A stretch of DNA of 64,000 nt from Candidatus Thorarchaeota archaeon. Its GTDB lineage: Archaea; Asgardarchaeota; Thorarchaeia; Thorarchaeales; Thorarchaeaceae. The position numbers and the translations under genes were made by a program. Where the stretch lies: NCBI GenBank assembly GCA_038893995.1, contig JAWAQK010000002.1, forward strand, positions 20,529 to 84,528, written 5' to 3'. Shown here piece after piece: positions 32,356 to 42,091 of this stretch. The first letter of the stretch is position 1; every line of letters begins with the position of its first letter. The notes under the pieces were generated by a model. That model searched no databases and was not told the origin of the DNA. It saw nothing but the letters and a program-made list of their open reading frames with translations.

Positions 32356-33348
32356 TCAGTAGAGTGATCTGATACTATCAACAAGATCTTCGTCTGTGAA
32401 ATTGTCTAGGACCGAGTACCTTCCCCGCTTCTTCATTATTTCGAGCGCGTGATGTATGTCATCCAGGAACGTTTCCAAGGTGATCGGAAGCTCATGCAGC
32501 CTACAGGGTAATCCTCTAGTTCGCATGACCCGTCGGATCTTGTTCAAGTCATGGATCGCATATCCTATCTCCTCAAGAAAATGTACACATATGGGTGTTG
32601 CAAAGGCCACCTGTATCCCATGCAGGCCTACTCCTCTTCTATCCATCGCGTGAGATATGGCATGTTCTGTTCCAGAGCATGGTCTCGAGCTTCCTGCAAG
32701 ACACATCGCCCTTCCCGCGTCTATCTCGGCATGTACGAGTGTTTCCAAGTCATCGTGTTCTAGCACTTTGCAGAGCGCCGATGCCATTGTTCGATAGCTG
32801 TCCTCAACGAAGGACTCCCCCACTGCCTCAGCAGCAAGTTTCCACTCAGCTAGGCTTGATGCCTTACTGATAATGTCCCCTGTCCCGGCTCGTTTCAACT
32901 CCTTGGGTGCTCTTGACATTATGTCGAGGTCCGCAATGACGGCCACCGGAAGCTTGCACTTCCTAGAGTACCGGTAACCATTCTGACTTACGGAAGCCGC
33001 TTCGCTGGCAATTCCATCATGAGACGCTGCCGTTGGCACGGATATCCAATCTAGCCCAGTTTCGGCAGCTAGCAGCTTGGCCGTGTCGATACTCCGCCCT
33101 CCCCCGAAACCAAGTATGACCGACGCAGAATCGGTTTCGATCCCACGAATCTCGTGGGATGACAGCACCCATCTGATGTCTGATGAAACTATGCTCTCTA
33201 TCTGCTTTCTGTAGATGGACAGTATAGACTCGTCGGTGACACATATTACCCGATGTCCTGCGGTGTATTGTGAGAGCTTCTCTATCGCACCCCTTGCAAC
33301 TACTACATGGTTGGGACAAACATCGTTCATGTCAAGGACCCCTATCAA
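32356..33348 (-). CDS. egsA: Glycerol-1-phosphate dehydrogenase [NAD(P)+]
   Basis: 330 aa with GFGGGRSIDTAK and DHDG-like metal-binding residues; an archaeal lipid-backbone enzyme. Confidence 0.82.
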   Translation of the reverse strand: MIGVLDMNDVCPNHVVVARGAIEKLSQYTAGHRVICVTDESILSIYRKQIESIVSSDIRWVLSSHEIRGIETDSASVILGFGGGRSIDTAKLLAAETGLDWISVPTAASHDGIASEAASVSQNGYRYSRKCKLPVAVIADLDIMSRAPKELKRAGTGDIISKASSLAEWKLAAEAVGESFVEDSYRTMASALCKVLEHDDLETLVHAEIDAGRAMCLAGSSRPCSGTEHAISHAMDRRGVGLHGIQVAFATPICVHFLEEIGYAIHDLNKIRRVMRTRGLPCRLHELPITLETFLDDIHHALEIMKKRGRYSVLDNFTDEDLVDSIRSLY

Positions 33349-33467
33349 CTAGATCTGGTGGGTTCACTAGTCATATCGCTAACATTCGACTCAATGTTAT
33401 CACTGTAACACGACATCTGAAATCCTCTTCATGTGGTCTATTCACCGACCGTTAGGAGCATGAGCAA

Positions 33468-33965
33468 ATGACGCAGTACATCAAAGTTGCCCTTATGGGC
33501 TCTGGATATGCGGGAAAGTCCACGCTGATTAAGCTATTGACTGACACGCCCGCCAGGCTCGACGGCAATTACAAACCTACAGCCGGAATGGACTGTGGGA
33601 CCATCACACTCGATGGCGGAACAAAGATAACGTTAGTTGAAATGGGTGGTCAGAGCCATTTCGAGTTCCTATGGCCAGACTTCCTGCAAGGCAGTAGTAT
33701 GGTCGTGGTCGTCACCGAGAGCACCCCCAAGGCTGTCCTGAAAACCCGTCAACTGCTTGAGAGCTACAAGGACCATCTTGCTGGGCGTCAAGTAGTTGCA
33801 ATAGCTAACAAGCAAGACCTGCCAGGCTCGATGAAACCAGAGTCTGTACAAGATCTTCTGGGTGTCCCTACCTACGGCATGGTCGCGATAGACCCCAAAC
33901 AGAGAATGCAGGGCTACAAGGTATTGATCGAAGGTCTTAGAGGTCTGGTCCAAGTGGCAGGCTAG
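33468..33965 (+). CDS. Small Ras-superfamily GTPase (Arf/Sar/Rab-like)
   Basis: 165 aa with P-loop GSGYAGKST, switch I T in DCGT, DxxG as EMGGQ, and NKQD (ANKQDL). Confidence 0.7.
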   Translation: MTQYIKVALMGSGYAGKSTLIKLLTDTPARLDGNYKPTAGMDCGTITLDGGTKITLVEMGGQSHFEFLWPDFLQGSSMVVVVTESTPKAVLKTRQLLESYKDHLAGRQVVAIANKQDLPGSMKPESVQDLLGVPTYGMVAIDPKQRMQGYKVLIEGLRGLVQVAG

Positions 33966-34103
33966 TCCATCGCTGCAGTGTCTTGCTTGCGCTTCCACCG
34001 TACAGTAATCCTTTTATGTGCTCTGGCTCGAAAGCATCCCAGCCCAGGACACGGGCGAGTGAGCCAACCAGGCTGTCTGTTGTTGGCGAGTCCGTCCGGG
34101 ACA

Positions 34104-34943
34104 ATGTCTTTTGGGTCAAGTGTACTGGAGTACGATTCAGAATTGGAGGTATCCGTCCTTCGCAAGGAAAGCGACTCAATCACCCTTCTAGTCGAGGGTA
34201 TTGATGTTGCCTTGGCTAATGCATTGCGAAGAACAATGTTGGCAGGACTACCTACCATGGCAATTGATGAGGTCCTTATCCTCGAGAATACAAGTGTCAT
34301 GTACGACGAGATACTTGCTCATCGACTAGGTCTCATACCCCTCACTACTCCACTCGACGACTACAACCTGCCAGATGACTGTGAGTGCGGTGGCAAGGGT
34401 TGTAGTCTGTGCCAATGTACACTGACTCTTGAAGTGGAGGCAAACAACCAGGAACTGATGGTGTACTCTCGAAATATTTTATCACAAGATCCCAAGGTCG
34501 TTCCCGTAACGGGCGATATTCCCATCGTGAAACTCGCGCCTCACCAGAAGATCATCGTGGAGGCGTATGCACGTCTCGGAAGAGGCAGTGAACATGCGAA
34601 GTTTCAGCCTGTGTCCACAGTAGCATACAAATATGTTCCTGTTGTCAGTATCAACAGAGAGAAATGCACTAGATGCGGTGCATGTGCAGACTCGTGTCCC
34701 AAGGGGATATTGGTACTCGAGAACAATGTCATATCGACCCAGAACACACTTGAGTGTACTCTGTGTGAGATGTGTGTTCGGGAGTGCGAACCGGGTGCAA
34801 TCTCTGTAGAACACAGAGAAGGTAGTTTCATTTTCAAGATCGAAACTACCGGTGCTCTCTCAACAAAGGAGATTGTAGAACGTTCAGCGGAAATTCTGAA
34901 GGGAAGGATCCAAGTGGCCCTCGACTTTGCAAACACATTATGA
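34104..34943 (+). CDS. rpoD: DNA-directed RNA polymerase subunit D with a 4Fe-4S ferredoxin-like insert (ORF-track start 33978 is probably too far upstream)
   Basis: ANALRRTMLAGLPTMAIDEV... plus CTRCGACADSCP and CTLCEMCVREC cluster motifs. Confidence 0.88.
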   Translation: MSFGSSVLEYDSELEVSVLRKESDSITLLVEGIDVALANALRRTMLAGLPTMAIDEVLILENTSVMYDEILAHRLGLIPLTTPLDDYNLPDDCECGGKGCSLCQCTLTLEVEANNQELMVYSRNILSQDPKVVPVTGDIPIVKLAPHQKIIVEAYARLGRGSEHAKFQPVSTVAYKYVPVVSINREKCTRCGACADSCPKGILVLENNVISTQNTLECTLCEMCVRECEPGAISVEHREGSFIFKIETTGALSTKEIVERSAEILKGRIQVALDFANTL

Positions 34944-35323
34944 ATGGAGCTGATCAAATTATGGCTCGAATGGGAACAACTAATCCTAACACGCTCGCGC
35001 TTATCCGCGCACTCCGTCGCGCCTCCGTGCAGCACAACGCAGGAATTTGGAAACGGGTCGCTGAGATAGTTTCACGGCCCGCTAGGAAGCGCGTTGTAGT
35101 AAACGTTGGTGAGATCGAGAGGCACACTCATGACGGTGACCTTGTGGTCGTGCCTGGCAAAGTACTGGGCTCAGGAAATCTCAATCATCGCGTCACTGTT
35201 GCTGCACTGAGCGCATCTGCCTCAGCGCGTCAGATCATTATCACCGCAGGTGGGTCGTTGATGACCATAGAGGAAATGCTCAAGTTGGCTCCTACTGGAG
35301 CCGGTGTAACCATACTTGTTTGA
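34940..35323 (+). CDS. rpl18e: 50S ribosomal protein L18e
   Basis: 127 aa, TNPNTLALIRALRRA...; follows rpoD as in the conserved cluster. Confidence 0.8.
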   Translation: MNGADQIMARMGTTNPNTLALIRALRRASVQHNAGIWKRVAEIVSRPARKRVVVNVGEIERHTHDGDLVVVPGKVLGSGNLNHRVTVAALSASASARQIIITAGGSLMTIEEMLKLAPTGAGVTILV

Positions 35324-35790
35324 GGGTGTTCATGATGAGCCAGCAAGACATCAAGGTGTTTGATGCTGAACAAATGGTCATTGGGCGTCTGCTGACAGTC
35401 GCCGCGAAAGCTGCCCTCATGGGGAGCAACGTAGTCATAGTCAACGCAGAGAAGGCGATAGTCACCGGCGATCGAAGGGCGCAAATAGAGTCGTTCAAGA
35501 GGAAACGTGAGATACGCGCCAACTACAATCCGCGTAAGGGCCCCTTTCACGAACGTCGTCCAGACAAGCTTGTCAGAAAGATGATACGGGGCATGCTTGC
35601 TTGGCCAACTCCACGTGGAAAGGCTGCGTACAAACGGGTGTCCGTTCACGTCGGCGTTCCACCAGAGTATTCTGCTGTGGAGAAGATAGTGCTTGAGGAT
35701 GCACGTTACGACAGTCTGAGAAACAAATGCATTACCATCGCAGACCTTTGCTATGAACTGGGCTGGAGAAACAGGGGGGCGATGAGTTGA
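35320..35790 (+). CDS. rpl13: 50S ribosomal protein L13 (uL13)
   Basis: 156 aa, VIVNAEKAIVTGDRRAQIESFKRKREIRANYNP. Confidence 0.85.
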   Translation: MRVFMMSQQDIKVFDAEQMVIGRLLTVAAKAALMGSNVVIVNAEKAIVTGDRRAQIESFKRKREIRANYNPRKGPFHERRPDKLVRKMIRGMLAWPTPRGKAAYKRVSVHVGVPPEYSAVEKIVLEDARYDSLRNKCITIADLCYELGWRNRGAMS

Positions 35791-36188
35791 TGAAAGTGGT
35801 AGTCAGTTCTGGAAAAAGGAAGACATCTGTCGCAAAGGCAACTGTGAAGAAGGGCTCCGGTCGCATTCGAGTGGATGGGAAACCACTCGCCATCATCCAA
35901 CCCGAGATAGCAAGAATGCGAATTATGGAACCATTGATGCTCCTTGGAGAAGGTTGGAAGCAGTATGACATCTCGGTCAAAGTACGGGGTGGTGGGTTCA
36001 TGAGCCAGGCGGATGCTGTACGTATGGCGATAGCCACCGGCCTTGTAAAGATGAGCCAGGACTACGAGGCAAAGGCTAGAATGATGCAACACGACAGGTC
36101 GATGCTCGTGGGCGATCCAAGAAGAACTGAGTCAAAGAAATTCGGAGGTCCCTCAGCACGATCGAGGTATCAGAAGTCATACAGATGA
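35787..36188 (+). CDS. rps9: 30S ribosomal protein S9 (uS9)
   Basis: 133 aa, SGKRKTSVAKATVKKGSGRIRVDG ... C-terminal SRYQKSYR. Confidence 0.88.
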   Translation: MMKVVVSSGKRKTSVAKATVKKGSGRIRVDGKPLAIIQPEIARMRIMEPLMLLGEGWKQYDISVKVRGGGFMSQADAVRMAIATGLVKMSQDYEAKARMMQHDRSMLVGDPRRTESKKFGGPSARSRYQKSYR

Positions 36189-36203
36189 TCGAGGTGTACA
36201 CAG

Positions 36204-36419
36204 TTGATAATCCCGGTCAGATGCTTTACTTGCGGAAAAGTTGTTGCTGACAAGTATGAACAGTTCCGACGTGAGATACAGCAGGGTGAGACTCCAGCGG
36301 CAGTGCTTGATCGACTAGGCCTCAAGCGGTACTGCTGTCGCAGAATGCTCATGTCACACATCGACATAATTGACAGTTTCATTGCGTTTTCGGTTGTTGA
36401 TTCATCGGAGGCAAGATAG
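36204..36419 (+). CDS. rpoN: DNA-directed RNA polymerase subunit N (Rpb10)
   Basis: 71 aa, [21 protein letters not shown]...YCCRRML zinc-binding motif. Confidence 0.88.
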   Translation: MIIPVRCFTCGKVVADKYEQFRREIQQGETPAAVLDRLGLKRYCCRRMLMSHIDIIDSFIAFSVVDSSEAR

Positions 36420-36420
36420 A

Positions 36421-37056
36421 ATGAGTGAAGAGGAAACTGCCGAGGTCAATCTTCTCATATCAATGGACAAGTATCTCGCCGCTGGTTGTCACATTGGCAC
36501 ACAGGTGAAGACGAAGGATATGGAACCATTCGTCTATCGACAGAGGCCGATTGGACTCTATGTCCTAGACGTACGGAAGACTGACGAACGGATTCGAACT
36601 GCTGCACGATTCATATCACGATTTGAGCCTGACAAGGTCGTCGTTGTTTCTGGAAGAGTCTACGGAAAACGTCCAGTTCAAGAATTTGCAAGGTACACTC
36701 GTGCAACTGCCTTCACTGACCGATTCGTGCCTGGCACATTCACCAACCCTCAGCTTGCTGGTTCAAGGCCATATACCGAACCAGAGGTAGTACTGATTAC
36801 GGACCCCCGTACAGATCAGCAGGCTCTTTCAGAGGCGTCTCGAATCGGTGTTCCTGTGATTGCTTTGTGCGATACCGACAATGTCACGACTAATGTAGAC
36901 CTGGTGATTCCGTCCAACAACAGGGGGCGTAAGGCGCTAGCCCTTGTGTACTACCTATTGACAAAGCAGGTCCTTATTGAGAGGGGTGAGATTCCCGCTG
37001 ATGGAGAACCTGCATTCACCCCCGATGACTTCGAACCTCAAGCACAGAAGCTCTAA
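36421..37056 (+). CDS. rps2: 30S ribosomal protein S2 (uS2); the ORF track extends to 36370
   Basis: LLISMDKYLAAGCHIGTQ ... LVIPSNNRGRKALALV; the ATG at 36421 lies 1 nt after the rpoN stop. Confidence 0.85.
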   Translation: MSEEETAEVNLLISMDKYLAAGCHIGTQVKTKDMEPFVYRQRPIGLYVLDVRKTDERIRTAARFISRFEPDKVVVVSGRVYGKRPVQEFARYTRATAFTDRFVPGTFTNPQLAGSRPYTEPEVVLITDPRTDQQALSEASRIGVPVIALCDTDNVTTNVDLVIPSNNRGRKALALVYYLLTKQVLIERGEIPADGEPAFTPDDFEPQAQKL

Positions 37057-37445
37057 CTGAGTATCGTGACTGTTCCATTGGTGGCATCAACTTCGGCAGT
37101 CCGTCCAGTTACGAGCTTGCTGAGATCTACTTTGTCAACTGCAGGTATTTCTCCAATGATACACCCTACCGCTACCACGGGGTCCATCGACTCATTGATG
37201 ATGGCAAGCGGCGCCTTTCCCGCCTTGCTCAACGCATAGAGAACGTATGAACCAACCGTGCTACCCTTTCCAGTTGGGAATGCAAGTATCTTGTTGGATA
37301 TCGATACTCCCTCGAGGGGGTGTCCTTTTTCTACGATCTGTCCCGTCTTTGGGTCGCATCCCCCGAAGAACGATATGTCCGATCTACTTACGAGGAGCTC
37401 ACCTGTGACCTTTCCCCTGAATATGCTACGACAACGAATGATCAT
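37053..37445 (-). CDS. AcnX small subunit (DUF126 swivel domain): phosphomevalonate dehydratase small subunit
   Basis: 130 aa from MIIRCRSIFRGKVTGELLVSRSDISFFGGCDPKTG ... The ATG overlaps the stop of the preceding AcnX large subunit (ATGA). Confidence 0.7.
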   Translation of the reverse strand: MIIRCRSIFRGKVTGELLVSRSDISFFGGCDPKTGQIVEKGHPLEGVSISNKILAFPTGKGSTVGSYVLYALSKAGKAPLAIINESMDPVVAVGCIIGEIPAVDKVDLSKLVTGRTAEVDATNGTVTILS

Positions 37446-38599
37446 CCCTGTACAGCCTCCCTTATGCACTCCTCCACGGTCCTTATCTCCGTCTTGAACT
37501 TGTTCTTCCCACGAGCATAGAAGCATGCCTTTGCTGAGTCTGTCATCAGACCCCTGAACATTCCCTTGAGTGGTGCAACTGCGCAACAGGCATCACTCAC
37601 TAGGAATGCTCCCGCTTTCTCAATCATGTCGTAATAGCCCATCTTGACGGCAAGCTCCTTCGTAGGTTTGGCCGTCGTTATCCACACAGTCTTTCCGTGT
37701 GCCACATGTTTCCCCCTAAGAAGTCGGGCAATCTCAGCGATTTCAGCTATGCTTGCATGCGGGCAACCAATGCTGATGAAGTCTATGTCTGCACCCTCGT
37801 CGTCCAGTTCCGCCTTTGCTTTCTCCAGGTCTTCCTGTGAGATAGTTTCGACCTTCTCTGGAATAGTTGTGCGGTTTGGTGTGATCCCCTCGATATGAAA
37901 GATCGCAACTCCTCCGTATGTTGCAATGGACGCGCAGAGCGCCTTCAGTTCATCGGTCGAGGCGCGTGATATGCCCTCAATGTACGGGATCGAATTTCTG
38001 GTCCTGTTACCAATTACCTGCCCGAGTAGTCCGAAGTCCACTGTATTCTCGAGCCTTGCCTCAACCAAGTACCTGACTTGAGCCATCCTATTCTTGTCTA
38101 GGTGAAGACCATATTCTGCTGTTCGGCCAGTCAGAGCTGCAGCGATTGCACTCGGTCCGCCCTCGCGGTTCGTATAGGCCCCAATGACGGAGTTCGCAAA
38201 ACAGACGGCGGAGGACTCTGCCCATGCAATGTGTTCGCCATAGTGTGGCAGATTACCGATCAGGTATGGTGTGCATGTGCAAGTCGTAATGACGCCCATT
38301 CTCCTGAATGCATCTATTACTCTCTCTTGGTCGCGTGCAAATTCCTCTGATATTCCGTGCTTTTTCCATTCTGTCAGGTCCATCCCTGCTGGGTTGAGGG
38401 TCGTCAGGACGCGTACTTGTCCGTCCTCCGCCATTTCTGCAAGGTACTCAAGGCCATACTCCCCTAGGTTGTCATAGGACACCCCTGCTATCTGAACACT
38501 GGAAACAGGTATGAGTCTTGTGGCACCATAGATCTCTCCCAATGCCGTAATGATCTCCATTGCCTTCCGGGTGGCCTTTCCGTACTCTCCATTCAGCAT
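37442..38599 (-). CDS. AcnX large subunit (DUF521 aconitase-X catalytic domain): phosphomevalonate dehydratase large subunit
   Basis: 385 aa of the aconitase-X family (SVQIAGVSYDNLG ... CTCTPY ... ISIGCPHAS). Confidence 0.75.
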   Translation of the reverse strand: MLNGEYGKATRKAMEIITALGEIYGATRLIPVSSVQIAGVSYDNLGEYGLEYLAEMAEDGQVRVLTTLNPAGMDLTEWKKHGISEEFARDQERVIDAFRRMGVITTCTCTPYLIGNLPHYGEHIAWAESSAVCFANSVIGAYTNREGGPSAIAAALTGRTAEYGLHLDKNRMAQVRYLVEARLENTVDFGLLGQVIGNRTRNSIPYIEGISRASTDELKALCASIATYGGVAIFHIEGITPNRTTIPEKVETISQEDLEKAKAELDDEGADIDFISIGCPHASIAEIAEIARLLRGKHVAHGKTVWITTAKPTKELAVKMGYYDMIEKAGAFLVSDACCAVAPLKGMFRGLMTDSAKACFYARGKNKFKTEIRTVEECIREAVQG

Positions 38600-38633
38600 G
38601 CGTTTCTCTTCAGATGTAAGTTCTAACGTGCCC

Positions 38634-39941
38634 TCATTCCTCCGAGTACTTTCTTATGTCGACCTCATGAAACTTGGCCTTCTCAAAGCTCTTTCCCTTC
38701 GTTGTCAGCTTCTTGGTACAATCAAAGCCTATCTTCGTCGTGAGCTTTGTATCGGGTTCGGCGCTAGGGTCCAGAGAGCTCCCAGGTTCGCGTCCTCTGA
38801 CTATCATGTCAGAGTCTCCCTGAAATCTGGTCGCCATTGCCCATTCTCGCTCTTGTTCATCATAGATGTCTATGTCATCGTCATACACCCAGACATGTTT
38901 TGCACTTGTGTGTCCTCGGAACGCACCTTCGATCGCCAGCTTTCCGTCATCGTCCTTTTGTTTCTTGATCTTGACTGCAACGTGTAGCCAGCTGGCACCT
39001 CCAGGAGTCATGCTGACATCGAGAACCTGAACTCCCTTCTCGCGCACGCTCTGGTATATCGTTGGTTCTCTCGGCATTCCCATGAGAATCTTGTGCTCAA
39101 GACGTCCTGGCAAGAGCGCCTGCCAAATGGCATTTCTTCTGTGCGTGATTCGCTTGACTTCAAATACTGGTTCTTGTCTTACCACATCGACGGTTTCCGT
39201 AAGGTCTATGAACGGGCCCTCAGCGGCCTTTTCATTCAAGTAGACTCTTCCCTCCAGAACAAACTCACAATCTGCGGGGATCCTTAGATCAACCGAACTT
39301 GCATGGGTCAGTCTTATGGGGCGCAAGGCATTGGCAATCTCGAGCTCATCGATCCCCGTCTTGACCGAAGTTGCAGCCGCTATCAATACCTCTGGCGTGT
39401 TTCCGACACAGAATGCGGCATCGAGTTCTCCAGCCCTCTGAAGGAACTTGTGAAAATCTCTGCCAGACACGATCCTCACTGAGAAATGTCGTGAGTCAAT
39501 CTGCATGGCTCTGTGGAAATCAAGGTTCTGTCCATACTCCGGATCCTTTGCAACAACAACAGCAGATGAAATGTAAGGCCCCCCGTCTACGACGTTATGT
39601 CGAAGTATTGGCAGATCGTTGAGATCGACAACGGATCTGGTGACCTCCTGGCACGGTGCTCCATCGATAAGCTCCGGAGGACTCCTCTTCTCAATGGCTT
39701 TAGCTAGTGTTGGTATGATGTCTTGAACACCTATGCCAAAGTAGTCTGCTATCTGTTGCTTTGTACAGAACAGGTTCCCCGCAACACGAAATGAAGACTC
39801 CTTTACCTTCTCGAAGAGAGCTGGCTTTGGTTCTAGACACTTGAGAATACCAGCAATCTCAAGATCCTTCGAAACTGCGGTCCTAATCGTTCGAATGCTT
39901 CCCTTTTTGATCAGTTGGTTGATGTATTCCTCTAGTATCAT
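38634..39941 (-). CDS. UbiD-family decarboxylase (candidate trans-anhydromevalonate-5-phosphate decarboxylase)
   Basis: 435 aa with UbiD-fold signatures; clustered with mvk and acnX. Confidence 0.7.
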   Translation of the reverse strand: MILEEYINQLIKKGSIRTIRTAVSKDLEIAGILKCLEPKPALFEKVKESSFRVAGNLFCTKQQIADYFGIGVQDIIPTLAKAIEKRSPPELIDGAPCQEVTRSVVDLNDLPILRHNVVDGGPYISSAVVVAKDPEYGQNLDFHRAMQIDSRHFSVRIVSGRDFHKFLQRAGELDAAFCVGNTPEVLIAAATSVKTGIDELEIANALRPIRLTHASSVDLRIPADCEFVLEGRVYLNEKAAEGPFIDLTETVDVVRQEPVFEVKRITHRRNAIWQALLPGRLEHKILMGMPREPTIYQSVREKGVQVLDVSMTPGGASWLHVAVKIKKQKDDDGKLAIEGAFRGHTSAKHVWVYDDDIDIYDEQEREWAMATRFQGDSDMIVRGREPGSSLDPSAEPDTKLTTKIGFDCTKKLTTKGKSFEKAKFHEVDIRKYSEE

Positions 39942-39950
39942 GCTCTCACC

Positions 39951-40892
39951 TCAGACTCCAAAGGATGTTACCCAGACATCCGTCGCTCCAGCTTCTCTCA
40001 ACGCGCCAGCGACAACTTGCGCTCCTTTCTCATCGTCAGTGAGTGCGATCATGTTGCCTCCCCTTCCTGTACCCGTGAGTTTTGCACCAACTGCACCTCG
40101 CCTGATTGCAGTGTCAACCAGAGTATCGAGTTCGGGACAGGACACGGTCAGCTGTTGAAGTAGTCTGTGGTTCTCATTCATTAGCTTTCCAACTCTCTTC
40201 TTGTCGAGCTCAAGTAGCGCATCTCGTGCTTGCACTATGAGCCTGTCATATTGTTGTAGAATATTGTCAAACCATGATCTATCACTCTGAGCCAGTCTTC
40301 TCACATCATCAACCACAGCTTTTGTACTAGATGTCAGACCCGTTGCTGCTATCACCAAGTTCAGAGGTCTTTTCAGTTTGAGAACCTCGAACACGGGCTT
40401 GTCGGAGGATGTGGGTTTCTGATACCACACTAGTCCGCCGAATGTGGAGGCCGTGTTGTCTATGCCCGACGGAGTGCCATGGTATCCCTTTTCCCCCTCG
40501 TACGCTGCGAGATTGATTTTTTCATCGTCGTAATTCAAATCGAACTCTTCGTTCAGTGCTCGCGCAATTGCTACACAGCTCGCAGCACTAGCGCCAATCC
40601 CAGAGGCACACACAAGATCTCCCGAAAGCTGTATGTGAATGCCTTTCTCTGAGAGATCTATGCCCATGTATCGAATTATGTTGTCTATCGATGCTGTCTG
40701 CTCGTCTGCTTTCTCTTTCTTGTAACCTGGTACTTCCGGGCGCAGGTCCTCAAGTTTCCATCCTGGTGTTGATGTTCGATGAACGGTGGCAATGGTTTCG
40801 GCAGAGATACCTGCGGCCAGTGCTGGTCTACCGTAGACCACAAAGTGTTCGCCAAAGAGAATGGCCTTGCCTTTTCCAGATCCTACAGCCAT
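39951..40892 (-). CDS. mvk: Mevalonate kinase (GHMP kinase)
   Basis: 313 aa, N-terminal GKAILFGEHFVVYG, GHMP motif ASGIGASAAS, C-terminal GAKLTGTGRGG. Confidence 0.85.
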   Translation of the reverse strand: MAVGSGKGKAILFGEHFVVYGRPALAAGISAETIATVHRTSTPGWKLEDLRPEVPGYKKEKADEQTASIDNIIRYMGIDLSEKGIHIQLSGDLVCASGIGASAASCVAIARALNEEFDLNYDDEKINLAAYEGEKGYHGTPSGIDNTASTFGGLVWYQKPTSSDKPVFEVLKLKRPLNLVIAATGLTSSTKAVVDDVRRLAQSDRSWFDNILQQYDRLIVQARDALLELDKKRVGKLMNENHRLLQQLTVSCPELDTLVDTAIRRGAVGAKLTGTGRGGNMIALTDDEKGAQVVAGALREAGATDVWVTSFGV

Positions 40893-41100
40893 GTTCTACA
40901 CGCCCTGTAGTTTGTTGATGCGACGACATTCGGTGCTTTTGAAGTCTTCCTTCGACGGATCACCAATCCCGAAAAGGCGTCTTCATCGTGCGTGGTTGTT
41001 CATGACTACACGGGCGATGTTGTCGCATGAGAACCAGGTCAGAGTCGTGGATTATTTGATAATATCAACTGCGGTCGTCGTCTGCTAGAATGTTACAATC

Positions 41101-41178
41101 TGGTGGGCCGGGCCGGATTTGAACCGGCGGCCTCTTGGTCCCGAACCAAGAATCATAGCCAATCTAGACCACCGACCC
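41101..41178 (-). tRNA. tRNA-Pro(CGG), intronless
   Basis: Acceptor GGGTCGG/CCGGCCC with A and an encoded CCA. D-arm GTCT-AGATTGGCTA-TGAT. Anticodon arm CTTGG-TTCGGGA-CCAAG. T-arm GCCGG-TTCAAAT-CCGGC. Confidence 0.9.
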
Positions 41179-41203
41179 GCCAACTATCGCCAGGAACGGC
41201 GTC

Positions 41204-41211
41204 GATTTAAT
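41204..41211 (-). promoter_or_regulatory. TATA box for tRNA-Pro(CGG)
   Basis: The minus strand reads ATTAAATC, centred about 26-30 nt upstream of the mature tRNA 5' end. Confidence 0.45.
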
Positions 41212-42043
41212 CGTTTCGTTGAGAGTTCCGTAATTGTTCTACTGTACCGATATACAGTCCTTCTGTGGTGTATGCATCTATCCGTGAAGAATCGATACAT
41301 CTCAGGTCAAGAATGGGGCCTTCTAGGTTGACCCCTGAGTCATCGACTGGCCTACCATGGATCAGAGGGTTGTAGCAGGGCAACACAACAATCTTCAATG
41401 TTGTTCTGTTGATGTTGATTCCTGTTGCCTCTGAAATACAGTGTCCCCTCACCCTACACACTAGAACGACTGGAGTGGTTCCAATGCCAACTCTTCTGGC
41501 AGGTTGGCCAACATCTTTAGCCGTGAGTGTGCGCATTCTCCTAACACACGGATGGTGATGCCCCATGACGACCATATCACACCGAAGTACGTCACCGGAT
41601 GGCCATGCATGACCATGTACAAGTCCTACTCTTGTTCCGTCCATCACTATGACTTGGCCTCTTGGATCAGAAACTTCCACATCGCGCGGCAGTAACGCAC
41701 GGAGACCTCCATCATGATTTCCAGGAATGATGTGGACCTTGCTGTGCTTCGCTATTGCCTCAACAAATTCTGGAATGACACTCCAGTTGTAGAGTCTATC
41801 AATGAGAATGGTATGTTTCAAGTCTCCAACGATGTACAGACTGTCTACACTGTGTTTCTCTAGGAGGCCTGAGAGTGACACCATCATTTCATTCTTCTCG
41901 TCCTGAATCAAGGTGTCACTGAGTCCCTGAATCTCAGATGAGTATCCAATGTGCAAGTCGGATACGATCGCGATCGTTTCGCGAGTCGAATGGATGACAA
42001 GAGCTCTGCTGTCTAGTACTGATCGCACAAGTGTTGGATTCAT
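41207..42043 (-). CDS. Calcineurin-like metallophosphoesterase (the ORF track extends to 42133; start probably MNPTL at 42043 or M at 42079)
   Basis: Motifs DLHIG, GDLKH, GNHD, GHAWP and GHHH of the MPP superfamily. Confidence 0.65.
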   Translation of the reverse strand: MNPTLVRSVLDSRALVIHSTRETIAIVSDLHIGYSSEIQGLSDTLIQDEKNEMMVSLSGLLEKHSVDSLYIVGDLKHTILIDRLYNWSVIPEFVEAIAKHSKVHIIPGNHDGGLRALLPRDVEVSDPRGQVIVMDGTRVGLVHGHAWPSGDVLRCDMVVMGHHHPCVRRMRTLTAKDVGQPARRVGIGTTPVVLVCRVRGHCISEATGININRTTLKIVVLPCYNPLIHGRPVDDSGVNLEGPILDLRCIDSSRIDAYTTEGLYIGTVEQLRNSQRND

Positions 42044-42091
42044 AATATCGTTAAAAGGCAAATGAAGTGTGAATGACATCTGTGACCAGAA

